Of a stretch of 33,532 nt of DNA, positions 25,370 through 33,532 are shown one piece after another (the first letter of the stretch is position 1; every line of letters begins with the position of its first letter). The notes below the pieces were generated by a model. The model saw only the letters and a program-made list of their open reading frames with translations, was not told the DNA's origin and did not search any database. The position numbers were made by a program, and so were the translations under genes. The stretch comes from a virus (taxonomy: Duplodnaviria > Caudoviricetes), in the IMG/VR virus record IMGVR_UViG_3300021082_000074, positions 1-33,532 of that record. One strand, given 5' to 3'.

Positions 25370-26717
25370 TCTTGCTCCCACGCCTGGCGCTGAAGCGATC
25401 GCTCGCCGTACGTGGCTCGCCCACATCAACGATCAAGCGAGCTTCAATCGGGAACTCTCGAAGATCCTTGCCAATGCGGCGAAGCAAGGAGAGCAGATCA
25501 TCCTCAACACGCTCGGTGACGGAATCGGCGCTCAGGTCCGTCGCGCTCAGTACCAGATCGCTGTGGCCCAGCTCAACCAACTTTCAGCGACGATGTGGGG
25601 CCAGATAACTCCATCGATGGAACGAGCGATCGCTAGGACCACGCAGACGGCTGTTGATGGGCTAATGCTCATTGATCAGGTCTTGGCACGCTCTCTGACC
25701 AACGTAGCTGTGCGAGATGCGTTCCTGGCGGCAGGGAGGAATGGCGCAGACAACGTTCGCAGTCGTCTCCTCAACAACATCAATCTCTCGCCTCAGGTCT
25801 ACCGGACGGAAGCGCTCTCGAACCAGTGGGTGGCTCGGGAGGTCAATCGAGGGATCGCGCTCAATCAGTCCTCGAAGGAGATCGCACGCTCAGTCCGGCG
25901 CTTCATCCGTCCGGACGTTCCTGGCGGAGTCTCGTATGCGGCACAGAGGCTCGGGAGGACCGAACTAAACAACGCCTTCCACACCACGACGGTTCGAGCA
26001 GCAGCCGATCAGCCTTGGGTCACTGGCTTCCTCTGGCACACGAGTGGATCTCACCCGAAGCCGGACGAGTGCGATCAGTTCGCCTCTGAAGATCACGACA
26101 AGCTCGGCAAGGGAGTCTTTGCGGCAAACAACGTTCCCGGTAAGCCTCATCCACAGTGCCTCTGCTACATCACAACGATCTCGGTGGACGAAGAAGAGTT
26201 CATCGACTCGATGGTCAAGGGTAAGTACGACAAGTTCATGACTGGCAATGAAGAGAGTGGATTCTGGGCACCAGAAGCTCCCGTCAAGAAGAGCATCGAC
26301 AAAGCTGTTGATCTCTACTCGAAGCACCTTGGCGGAGTTGTGGGAGGAGATGCTCAATCGGATCTTGGTTCTATTCTTTCCGGCACACGAGGCTACACAA
26401 TCGGAGACTTCTCGAAGGACTCGCAGTTCATGCGTCGGCAAGTTCTTCCGGAGGACTTCCACCGGATCTATGCCTCACAACCGAGCGTGGATATGTCACA
26501 AGTCAATGCGCTCGCTAGGTCCAAGGTCGATCTCTCTACTCTGGATGCTGACTTCCCGATTGTGCTTGTTCGGCTCGATGGGAAGAGCGTGATCGTGGAT
26601 GGTCATCACCGTTTGCTCGCCGCAGCCGAGAGGAACGAGCCGGTGAATGTCTGGCAGTATCGAGATCCGATCTCGTCCAAGCAGCTTGGGATTGACGCTC
26701 CGTTCCAAGATCTGTAG
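25350..26717 (+). CDS. MuF-like minor head protein fused to C-terminal ParB/Srx-like domain
   Basis: AAQRLGRTE, W...SH...D.CD and PHPQCLC (MuF), followed by PIVLV.....IVDGHHRL.AA (ParB-N). Confidence 0.85.
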   Translation: MARAVPDLAPTPGAEAIARRTWLAHINDQASFNRELSKILANAAKQGEQIILNTLGDGIGAQVRRAQYQIAVAQLNQLSATMWGQITPSMERAIARTTQTAVDGLMLIDQVLARSLTNVAVRDAFLAAGRNGADNVRSRLLNNINLSPQVYRTEALSNQWVAREVNRGIALNQSSKEIARSVRRFIRPDVPGGVSYAAQRLGRTELNNAFHTTTVRAAADQPWVTGFLWHTSGSHPKPDECDQFASEDHDKLGKGVFAANNVPGKPHPQCLCYITTISVDEEEFIDSMVKGKYDKFMTGNEESGFWAPEAPVKKSIDKAVDLYSKHLGGVVGGDAQSDLGSILSGTRGYTIGDFSKDSQFMRRQVLPEDFHRIYASQPSVDMSQVNALARSKVDLSTLDADFPIVLVRLDGKSVIVDGHHRLLAAAERNEPVNVWQYRDPISSKQLGIDAPFQDL

Positions 26718-26775
26718 CCCAAGCAATAGGGCAACTTTCTCTTGTTGGAACGTCCTTGCCTCTGAGCGCCGGCAC

Positions 26776-26781
26776 TATTCT
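26776..26781 (+). promoter_or_regulatory. possible -10 box (TATTCT) for a leaderless scaffold transcript
   Basis: TAnnnT hexamer 7 nt before ATG 26789, which has no SD sequence. Confidence 0.3.
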
Positions 26782-26788
26782 CCCGACC

Positions 26789-27649
26789 ATGACAACTCAA
26801 TCAGCGATTGACGCAGCCAGCATCTACATGGGCACCGTTCTGGTCAACGGAGTCCTTTGCCATCAGTGGCTTGACGGGACTCTCCTCCCGCTCCTCGCCG
26901 GTGGTGCCGGAGACGATGATGGGGGTGACAATGATGATGATGATGGCGACGGAGATGGCGACAAAGACGACTCCGATGACTCCGATGACGGCGATGGCGA
27001 CGATGACGCCAAGGGCAAGAAGAAGAGCGCCAAGGACGATGACGACGATGACGATGATGACGATCTTTCAAAGCACAAGAGCGCTTCCGTCCGGCGCGCC
27101 TATCGCCAAGCCACTGAGCGCCGGATCGCTCTTCGCGACGAGCGCACTGCGCACGCAGCGACCAAGGAGAGGGAGACTGCTCTCATTGCTGAAGTTGCCG
27201 ACTTGAAGAAGAACGGCGCTGGCGACGAGAAGCTGAAGGCATCCGTCTTGAAGGCAGAGAAGGAGCGCGATGATGCTCTGGCTGAAGTCGCCAAGATGAA
27301 GACAGAGAAGGCAGAGACAGCGATCAACTCCGAGATCGAGGACGTCATCAAGGAGTTGAATGTCACGCAGTCGTTGAAGATGGTGAAGGGACTGCTGCGG
27401 GAAGATGGCCTGCTCACGTTCGATGAGAACGGCGAGTTGGAGAAGGACTTGACGAGGAGCATCAAGAAGTTCGTGAAGAACGGCGAACTCACCGTCAAGA
27501 AGAAGAACGTCAGCGACGATGAAGATGAAGGCGACGAGAGCGGTGCTCCGGCGAGAAGCTCGGGATCTCCGATGCGGCGCAACGGCAGTGTCCGTACGCC
27601 AGGCAACGAAGCCCAACTCAAGAAGAAGTATCCCGCTCTCAATCGGTGA
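26789..27649 (+). CDS. capsid scaffolding protein
   Basis: Hydrophobic leader ending LAGG, Asp-rich tract, coiled coil and C-terminal KKKYPAL; upstream of the decoration and capsid genes. Confidence 0.85.
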   Translation: MTTQSAIDAASIYMGTVLVNGVLCHQWLDGTLLPLLAGGAGDDDGGDNDDDDGDGDGDKDDSDDSDDGDGDDDAKGKKKSAKDDDDDDDDDDLSKHKSASVRRAYRQATERRIALRDERTAHAATKERETALIAEVADLKKNGAGDEKLKASVLKAEKERDDALAEVAKMKTEKAETAINSEIEDVIKELNVTQSLKMVKGLLREDGLLTFDENGELEKDLTRSIKKFVKNGELTVKKKNVSDDEDEGDESGAPARSSGSPMRRNGSVRTPGNEAQLKKKYPALNR

Positions 27650-27679
27650 GAGCGCGATGAACATTGGAAGGAAGGCAAC

Positions 27680-28060
27680 GTGAGATACGACAAGTATGAT
27701 CCGATTGCCGGTGGCTTCCGTGCGGCACTCGCAGCCGATCTTGCCAAGATCGCAGCGACTGCCAACGGCATCGGCGTTGGACTCAACTCGTCTGGCTTGG
27801 TTGTTCCTGGCGCTGGCATCTCTGGAGTAGTCGGAGTGCTTGTGGTCACAAGGGACATGAAGGCAGGCGACATCGTGGACGTCATGACCGATGGTGAGTG
27901 CGTGGAGGCAGTCTCTCCGATTGTCGCCGGCACAGTCATCACCGCTCTGACGACCACCGGCGCTCTGGGCGTGACGGCTCCGGACGCTACCCACACACCA
28001 GTGGGCTTCGCTGTCGAGGCAACTCGGCTCGTGGTCCGGATGGCAAAGGCGGCATTCTGA
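27680..28060 (+). CDS. head decoration/cement protein
   Basis: RYDKYDP..GGFRA.LAAD, AGDIVDVMTDGE and VGFAVEATRLVV; between scaffold and major capsid. Confidence 0.75.
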   Translation: MRYDKYDPIAGGFRAALAADLAKIAATANGIGVGLNSSGLVVPGAGISGVVGVLVVTRDMKAGDIVDVMTDGECVEAVSPIVAGTVITALTTTGALGVTAPDATHTPVGFAVEATRLVVRMAKAAF

Positions 28061-29286
28061 TGAACCACAACACCAGCCTGCTACTCCCATCCCGCTCCGG
28101 ATTCGCACGCGGTGGACTCGCCTTGCCGAGCTTCGATGAGCACGACCACGAGTTGGTCGATCTCTCCTCGCTTGGCTTCGAGTTCCCGCTTGAAGGTTCG
28201 GCGCGAGGCACCAACACCTTCGGTGATGTCCTCACCCAGACAGTGGACGGACGAGATCTCAACGAGATCTGGAGAGAGTTCAGCGCAACTCTTCTCCTCA
28301 ACAACCGGAGGCGCAACGTCCTGATTGACTTGCTGAGCTTCAACGTCTCGGCTCCGATCGAGGACGTTCCGCAATTGGCAACGTCTGACTTCGAGGAGGC
28401 TTCCGAGTTCGGCGTGCCAAAGGGCATCCGTGGCGGTGACTACTTCTCGCTGGGATACGACTTCAAGTGGTACGACCTTGCGGTGCGGTACACTTGGATG
28501 TACCTCGCTGAAGCGAGTGCGGCCCAAGTGGAGTCGCTCCACAACATGGCGCTCGAAGCGGACAACCGTCTGATCTTCACCAAGATCATGAAGGCGATGT
28601 TCTCCAACATTAACCGCACGGCGACGATCCGTGGCACCGCGGTGAACGTCTATCCGTTCTACAACAACGACGGCACGACGCCACCCGACTACAACATGAA
28701 CACGTTCACCAACACTCACAACCACTACCTCTCCAGCGGAGCGGCAACAGTGACGTTCGGTGACCTGGACGAGATGGAGACGCACCTTGTGGAGCACGGC
28801 TATGGCCGTCAGCAAGGCTCCCGTCTCCTCCTTCTTGTCAACCGTGTTGAACTCGCCACCATTCGAGGCTTCCGAGTCGCGAGCGGTGCAACGTACGACT
28901 TCGTGCCGGCTGCTGGCCAAGCTCCCTTCCTCCTCCCGACCAACACCGGTGGTGTCGTAGGCCAAGTGCCCACGTCCGTTGGTGGTCTGCCGGTGGCGGG
29001 AGCGTACGGCAATTGGATCGTCATCGAATCGGACTTCATCCCGGCTGCGTACATGCTCGGCTTCGCTACCGGAGGCGAGCAGCAGGCATCCAATCCCGTT
29101 GGCTTCCGTCAGCACGCCAATGCTGGCCTTCGAGGGATGCGGCAGGTGAAGGGACCAGATCCCGATTATCCGCTCATCGACTCGTACTACCAGCGAGGCT
29201 TCGGAACCGGCGTGCGCCACCGCGGTGCCGCAGCGATCATGAAGATCAGCGCCGGTGCCTACACCATCCCGGCCATCTACGCCTGA
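28060..29286 (+). CDS. major capsid protein
   Basis: TGATG coupling; DGRDLNEIW, FEEASEFG.P, EADNRL and YPLIDSYY.RGFG.GVR motifs of actinophage HK97-fold capsids; strong codon bias. Confidence 0.92.
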   Translation: MNHNTSLLLPSRSGFARGGLALPSFDEHDHELVDLSSLGFEFPLEGSARGTNTFGDVLTQTVDGRDLNEIWREFSATLLLNNRRRNVLIDLLSFNVSAPIEDVPQLATSDFEEASEFGVPKGIRGGDYFSLGYDFKWYDLAVRYTWMYLAEASAAQVESLHNMALEADNRLIFTKIMKAMFSNINRTATIRGTAVNVYPFYNNDGTTPPDYNMNTFTNTHNHYLSSGAATVTFGDLDEMETHLVEHGYGRQQGSRLLLLVNRVELATIRGFRVASGATYDFVPAAGQAPFLLPTNTGGVVGQVPTSVGGLPVAGAYGNWIVIESDFIPAAYMLGFATGGEQQASNPVGFRQHANAGLRGMRQVKGPDPDYPLIDSYYQRGFGTGVRHRGAAAIMKISAGAYTIPAIYA

Positions 29287-29300
29287 GCGTGATGGTCCTT

Positions 29301-29340
29301 GCCGGGAGTCCATCGGTGCGCACATCGGTGGACTCTCGGC
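29301..29340 (+). terminator. 18-bp stem-loop after the major capsid gene (terminator/attenuator or mRNA stabiliser)
   Basis: GCCGGGAGTCCATCGGTG [CGCA] CATCGGTGGACTCTCGGC with three G-U pairs on the + strand; no U tail. Confidence 0.7.
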
Positions 29341-29364
29341 CCCAACCAAAGGAAGGAGTCAACG

Positions 29365-29766
29365 ATGAGCCTCAAAGTTGAGGACATGGACATGGAGAAC
29401 CTCTCCGATGATGAGAAGCAATATCTGCGGGATCGTCCGTGGTTGCCGCAACCTCCCGGTGATCCGGCATACGTCAAGCCACCGCAGGACTGGAACGAAG
29501 ATGACCATGAGGTCGTTGGCGTCTCCGGCGCTCCGGTAGCTGACGGCGAGGAGGAGGAAGAGCCGAGCACTGAGGGAGCCGTCGATGATGACGGCGATCC
29601 CATCAAGCTCAGCGATGATGGCGACTTCGCCGGATACGACTGGGGCAGGATGACCAATCCTCGCCTTCGGGAGTTCTGCGAAGCGTATGAGCTTCCCATC
29701 TCCGGCAACAAGTCGGATCTCGTCGCGAGGCTCGCTGAGTACGACGAGTTGACGAAGGAAGGCTGA
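29365..29766 (+). CDS. acidic protein with C-terminal SAP/HeH-like motif
   Basis: RBS AAGGAG; MTNPRLREFCEAYELPISGNKSDLVARL. Confidence 0.75.
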   Translation: MSLKVEDMDMENLSDDEKQYLRDRPWLPQPPGDPAYVKPPQDWNEDDHEVVGVSGAPVADGEEEEEPSTEGAVDDDGDPIKLSDDGDFAGYDWGRMTNPRLREFCEAYELPISGNKSDLVARLAEYDELTKEG

Positions 29767-29770
29767 GATC

Positions 29771-30088
29771 ATGGCTGGGGCTTCCGATATTGCCACTGTG
29801 CGGCTCAATACAGGACTGACCGACAACGTCGCTCCGTGGACCGATGAATACATCGCTGGTCTGTTTGACGCACTGGGTGAGGAGGGAGCCTCAGCCACCA
29901 TCTGGAGGAGCCTGGCAGCTTCGTACTCCTCGAAGGTGGACGTAACCGAAGCCGGAGCCTCTCATAAGTTCTCCGATCTCTTCAAGAACGCCATCGCCAT
30001 GGCGACGAAGTATGAAGGACTCTCGGGAGGCTCGGGAGGCGCTGCCGGCGATGCTCCGAGAGTCAACACGATCGTGAGGACGTCATGA
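29771..30088 (+). CDS. head-to-tail adaptor
   Basis: VRLNTG...WTDEYI helical pattern and synteny. Confidence 0.7.
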   Translation: MAGASDIATVRLNTGLTDNVAPWTDEYIAGLFDALGEEGASATIWRSLAASYSSKVDVTEAGASHKFSDLFKNAIAMATKYEGLSGGSGGAAGDAPRVNTIVRTS

Positions 30089-30450
30089 CGCTGACGGACT
30101 CGCTCCACGTTCGCGTGACGAGAGACTTCATCAACGAACATCCCGTTGTGGCGATCCCTCAGCGTCAAGCGCGAGTCGCCAACGGCACCGGTGGCTTCAC
30201 GCTCGGAGTGCCGGTTGTGCAGGCTCCGCAGATTGTCCGCAAGGTAGGTCTCAACTCTGTAACGGGAGTGACGGAGCGAACGACTGTTGACGGCGAACTC
30301 GTCTTGGTAACGGCAATCGTGATTGCGCTGCCGGACGCTAACATCCAGACTGGCGACACGCTGGCGATCGAGGACGAGTCATTCCAAGTCCTCTCGGTTG
30401 CGTTCGATCCTCCTTGGCGCCTTCAAGCAGAGGTCTACCGTCGTGGCTAG
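30085..30450 (+). CDS. head-to-tail stopper
   Basis: DANIQTGD......FQV beta pattern and synteny. Confidence 0.7.
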   Translation: MTLTDSLHVRVTRDFINEHPVVAIPQRQARVANGTGGFTLGVPVVQAPQIVRKVGLNSVTGVTERTTVDGELVLVTAIVIALPDANIQTGDTLAIEDESFQVLSVAFDPPWRLQAEVYRRG

Positions 30451-30799
30451 CATCGTGTGGGAAGGCGAACTGCGAATCAACGTCAAGCTGCTTGGGCCCA
30501 GACTCAATCGAGGGATCTCCGGCATCATGCTTGCCAACGCTCCGAAGGTGCAGAACTACGCAAGAGCAAACGCATCTTGGACTGATCGAACCGGCAACGC
30601 TCGACAAGGATTGATGGGTCGATACTCGAAGGAAGGCGACTCGCACGTCATCACTCTCTCGCACTCGGTTCCGTACGGGATCTGGCTGGAGACGAGATGG
30701 GCAGGCAAGTACGCAATCATCAACCGGACTCTCCAGGCTGAAGCTCCTCGCATCATGCGATCCTTCGGAGTCCTCTTCGACAAGCTCGGTGCGTTGTGA
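30443..30799 (+). CDS. neck/tail-completion protein (HK97 gp10-like)
   Basis: NASWTDRTGNAR and VPYGIWLE motifs. Confidence 0.8.
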   Translation: MASIVWEGELRINVKLLGPRLNRGISGIMLANAPKVQNYARANASWTDRTGNARQGLMGRYSKEGDSHVITLSHSVPYGIWLETRWAGKYAIINRTLQAEAPRIMRSFGVLFDKLGAL

Positions 30800-31179
30800 G
30801 TTGGCGCTCTTGGATCTTCCCGAAGCTCGAACTTGTCGTTGGCACAGGCAACGTTCGCTCGGGAGGATCGCTGACGATCCCTCCGGCCACAAAGCCGTAC
30901 ATCGTGTACCGTCTCCAGACCACCACGCCGAATCTCAAGGATGCTTCTGTGGCAGTACGGCAGACGACTCTCGCAGAGGTTTGGGCATACGACGATGGAG
31001 GCTCCTACGATCGCATTGACGAGATCCTCGCTGAAGTTCGAGCGAGCCTTGTTGGCCCTGTCGCTGAAGTCGGCAAGGTCTGCTGTGAGTGGTCCGGAGA
31101 CTCGGGAGAGTTGGCTGATGACGAGATGAAGGCAATCACCCGCAACTCAACCTTCCTACTGATCGGAGCAAGCGAATGA
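30796..31179 (+). CDS. tail terminator protein
   Basis: KPYIVY, VWAYD..GSYDRID and synteny. Confidence 0.7.
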   Translation: MSWRSWIFPKLELVVGTGNVRSGGSLTIPPATKPYIVYRLQTTTPNLKDASVAVRQTTLAEVWAYDDGGSYDRIDEILAEVRASLVGPVAEVGKVCCEWSGDSGELADDEMKAITRNSTFLLIGASE

Positions 31180-31460
31180 AGGTCTTGGCATATCGAGGCG
31201 CAGCCACGGTTCGAGAGATCTCATCAGCAGACATGATGAGTGCATGGGGGATCGAGGCTCCAGGGATCTCTGTTGACGTTCGAGTCTCTCGGCTCGTAAC
31301 GGTGTCTGGCGATGTTGCTGTGAAGCTCATCGCCACAGGAGAGTTCGCTCACGTTGGCGACGTTGGTGAATCAGAAGCGCCGGTGGAACCGGCGACCCAA
31401 CCAGAGGCACCAGTGGTTCCTCGTGTACGGCGAGTCATCAAGGACTCGCCACAAGCGTAG
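31176..31460 (+). CDS. hypothetical tail-region protein
   Basis: ATGA overlap; YRG....REIS..D; ends DSPQA. Confidence 0.65.
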   Translation: MKVLAYRGAATVREISSADMMSAWGIEAPGISVDVRVSRLVTVSGDVAVKLIATGEFAHVGDVGESEAPVEPATQPEAPVVPRVRRVIKDSPQA

Positions 31461-31681
31461 TGGAGCTACGTTGCGAGAGCGGCAGGCTCCATGGCGTCAT
31501 CGAAGGAGATGTCATCGAGATTGGCTGCCGATCCGCTAGGTGCGGGAAGAAGCCAGGAATAGTCATCCTTCATCGCTTCAACAAGACAACCGGAGAACTT
31601 CTCGACACGAGGAGCTTCCAAGAACCAACGAAAGGAATGAATCATGGACCAGACCAAGGCTCTGCCGTACGGACTCCGTGA
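31460..31681 (+). CDS. small Zn-binding protein (C..H / CxxxxC)
   Basis: MELRCESGRLHG...IEIGCRSARCG...HRF...TGEL; TAGTG coupling. Confidence 0.65.
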   Translation: MELRCESGRLHGVIEGDVIEIGCRSARCGKKPGIVILHRFNKTTGELLDTRSFQEPTKGMNHGPDQGSAVRTP

Positions 31682-32495
31682 CGTCAAGCTCACGCCATTG
31701 AGCACCGACCAAACATCGAGAGCCGGAGGAGCAGTGGACCTTCCGGTCAGCCGCACACTCTCCTTCTCGATCACAGAGGACTTCAGCGATCTTCGCGGTG
31801 ACGATCGGCTCGTGGCTTCACGAGGCAATGGATCGGTCGCTGAGTGGGATCTCGAAGCTGGAGGCATCTCGCTCGAAGCGTACGCAGTCATGGACGGTGG
31901 CGTTGTGACGCAAACCGGCGTGACTCCCAACATCGTCAAGCGCTACCGGAAGTTGATCACCGACAGCCGTCCATACTTCGTCATTGAAGGCCAAGCCATC
32001 AACGACAACGGTGGCGACTTCCACGGCATCATCTACCGAGCAAAGGCTGACGGCTCGCTCGATGGGACGATGGCTGATGGCGAGTTCCTTCTCACCGCAG
32101 CCAGCGGGAAGGGATATGCCTCGTTGGAGCCGGCATTCTTGGACGTCGTGTACGACTTCATCCAGAATGAGACTGCGGTGGCGATCGTTGGCGGCAACAA
32201 CGAAGTCCAGGTGCTCGTCATTGATGCGACTGGCGGCACATTCACGCTGACATTCACTGGCCAGACCACCGGTGCCATCAGCATCGCTGCGTTGACTGCC
32301 GGCGTGATCCAGACAGCGCTCGAAGCGCTCTCGAACGTTGCTCCCGGTGATATCTCGGTGACCGGCTCTGCCGGCTTCTACACGTTCACCTTCGCCGGTG
32401 CGTATGCCAATACCAACGTTGCGCAAATCACCGTTGGCGGAGGCTCCCTCACTGGCGGCAATGCAGCCGTCTACACGCAGCACGCTGGCGGCTGA
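31644..32495 (+). CDS. major tail (tube) protein with C-terminal accessory domain
   Basis: LPYGLRDVKLTP, LRGDD and RPYF.IEG....D.GGD.H, then a NEVQ...GGTFTLTF.GQTT domain. Confidence 0.88.
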   Translation: MDQTKALPYGLRDVKLTPLSTDQTSRAGGAVDLPVSRTLSFSITEDFSDLRGDDRLVASRGNGSVAEWDLEAGGISLEAYAVMDGGVVTQTGVTPNIVKRYRKLITDSRPYFVIEGQAINDNGGDFHGIIYRAKADGSLDGTMADGEFLLTAASGKGYASLEPAFLDVVYDFIQNETAVAIVGGNNEVQVLVIDATGGTFTLTFTGQTTGAISIAALTAGVIQTALEALSNVAPGDISVTGSAGFYTFTFAGAYANTNVAQITVGGGSLTGGNAAVYTQHAGG

Positions 32496-32534
32496 TCAAG
32501 TTCCATCAACGGCAACGAGTCCTAGGAGACCAAC

Positions 32535-33080
32535 ATGCCAACAGCAAAGCAAACAACCACCGGCTATTCGGGAGCCAAGGACTTCAAGAAGGCGGCATAC
32601 AGCGATCTCACGCTTCCGTCCGGCTTGACCTGTGCCGCTCGAAGAGTCAGCCTCGAAGTATTTATCAGAAGCGGACGAGTGCCCAACTCGCTTCTCCCTC
32701 TGATGAAGGGAGCGCTCAAAGGGCAAGCGAAGGTTCCAGCCTTCGATGAGATCGACGCAGAGCTCATCGCCAGCGCGATGGAGTTGTTCGATCTCGCCAC
32801 GATCGAAGCCGTGCAGATTCCCGAGATTCACTGGGTGCCGGCTCGTAACGAGGACGGCAAGCGCTACAACGAGGATGGCTCTGAGTGGGAGCGGGACGAT
32901 GAGCTGCTGTACATCGATGAGGTCGATGCGCTCGACAAGCAGTTCATCTTCCAATGGGCGATTGGTGGTGTCACCGATGTCGCCAAATTTCGTGACGGAA
33001 CCGAGAAAGAGTTGGCAAACCTTCTCAATGGCGAAGGTGTGGGGTTGCCGGCCAAGCGTGCTCCTAGGGCTAAGCGATGA
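32535..33080 (+). CDS. tail assembly chaperone (gpG-like)
   Basis: RBS AGGAG; LTLPSG, G.VPN.L and DKQFIFQWA; between tail tube and tape measure. Confidence 0.85.
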   Translation: MPTAKQTTTGYSGAKDFKKAAYSDLTLPSGLTCAARRVSLEVFIRSGRVPNSLLPLMKGALKGQAKVPAFDEIDAELIASAMELFDLATIEAVQIPEIHWVPARNEDGKRYNEDGSEWERDDELLYIDEVDALDKQFIFQWAIGGVTDVAKFRDGTEKELANLLNGEGVGLPAKRAPRAKR

Positions 33081-33273
33081 TGACTTTGTCGCATACTGTG
33101 TTGATGAAGCGATCTTCGCCTTCGGCACAGCGATCGAATCGGACTTGAACTCAATGAAGCAGAACAAGAAGGAGAGCGGAGAAGCCTTCGCACGACGGAA
33201 GCAGAATCGCTTCACGCACCTCCTCGAAGCTCACAGCGATCAGAAGTTTGCCAACCCAGTGCTCACTAGATAG
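32992..33273 (+). CDS. tail assembly chaperone frameshift extension (gpT-like), +1 frame
   Basis: Overlapping +1 frame VTEPRKSWQTFSMAKVWGCRPS..AYCVDEA.. with no SD-led start; AAA TTT CGT at 32985-32993. Confidence 0.7.
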   Translation: MTEPRKSWQTFSMAKVWGCRPSVLLGLSDDDFVAYCVDEAIFAFGTAIESDLNSMKQNKKESGEAFARRKQNRFTHLLEAHSDQKFANPVLTR

Positions 33274-33282
33274 GGAGTTGAG

Positions 33283-33532
33283 ATGGCTGATTACGATATG
33301 GGGACAGCCAAGGGCAAACTTGTCGTTGACTCATCAGGCGTAGACAAGGGAGTTGATAGCGCCGGAAGGTCCATCGACTCGATTGACGGCAAGTCTCGTA
33401 ATGCTGCCGGTGGGCTTCGTGTTCTTGAGCTTGGGCTCCTCGCTGTTGGAGCAGCAGGAGTCGCCGCATTTGGATTCGCCATCAAGAAGGCTGCTGACTT
33501 CGAGGAGTCGATGTCCGGCATCAAGGCTGTCT
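33283..33532 (+). CDS. tape measure protein, N-terminus (3'-truncated)
   Basis: RBS GGGAG, ATG 33283; MADYDMGTAKGKLVVDSSG...AIKKAADFEESMSGIKAV; open to the window end. Confidence 0.88.
   Translation, partial: MADYDMGTAKGKLVVDSSGVDKGVDSAGRSIDSIDGKSRNAAGGLRVLELGLLAVGAAGVAAFGFAIKKAADFEESMSGIKAV

Noticed and set aside
26910-27065. GAT/GAC trinucleotide-rich tract as a microsatellite or contingency locus
   Set aside because: It encodes the ordinary Asp-rich region of a scaffold protein with mixed codons.
28081-29349. 422-aa minus-strand ORF (also 27068-28108, 27100-28068, 4380-5393, 913-1722, 13187-14077, 32496-33215)
   Set aside because: Antisense shadows of well-supported + strand genes, expected from GC-rich codon bias; no motifs or RBS.
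1-33532. tRNA, tmRNA, integrase/att site, or stop-codon reassignment
   Set aside because: No cloverleaf with a T-loop in the intergenic gaps and no recombinase. Genes are full length under code 11, with both TAG and TGA used as stops.

Overview
About 33.5 kb of a GC-rich (~60% by eye) tailed dsDNA phage, siphovirus-type and probably infecting an actinobacterium (inferred from gene content and motifs). Every supportable gene is on the + strand, many coupled by overlapping stop/start codons. Left part: a nucleotide or sugar metabolism block (FAD oxidoreductase, HAD phosphatase, Nmad1/MazG-like protein, SDR, SAM methyltransferase) coupled to a DnaE polymerase. Next come an amidase, small hypothetical genes, a divergent ThyX, a membrane-anchored transglycosylase, a structured G-rich intergenic element, RuvC, a JAB/MPN protease and an HNH nuclease. 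Right part: TerS, small membrane proteins, TerL, then an ART-like gene and a seven-gene fibre-like module (with a 20 x 20-aa repeat protein) inserted before the portal. These are followed by portal, MuF-ParB fusion, scaffold, decoration protein, major capsid, head-tail genes, tail tube, a tail chaperone with an apparent +1 UUU_CGU frameshift, and the start of the tape measure. I saw no tRNA, rRNA, CRISPR array or integrase. All product calls come from motif recognition and synteny, not database searches.
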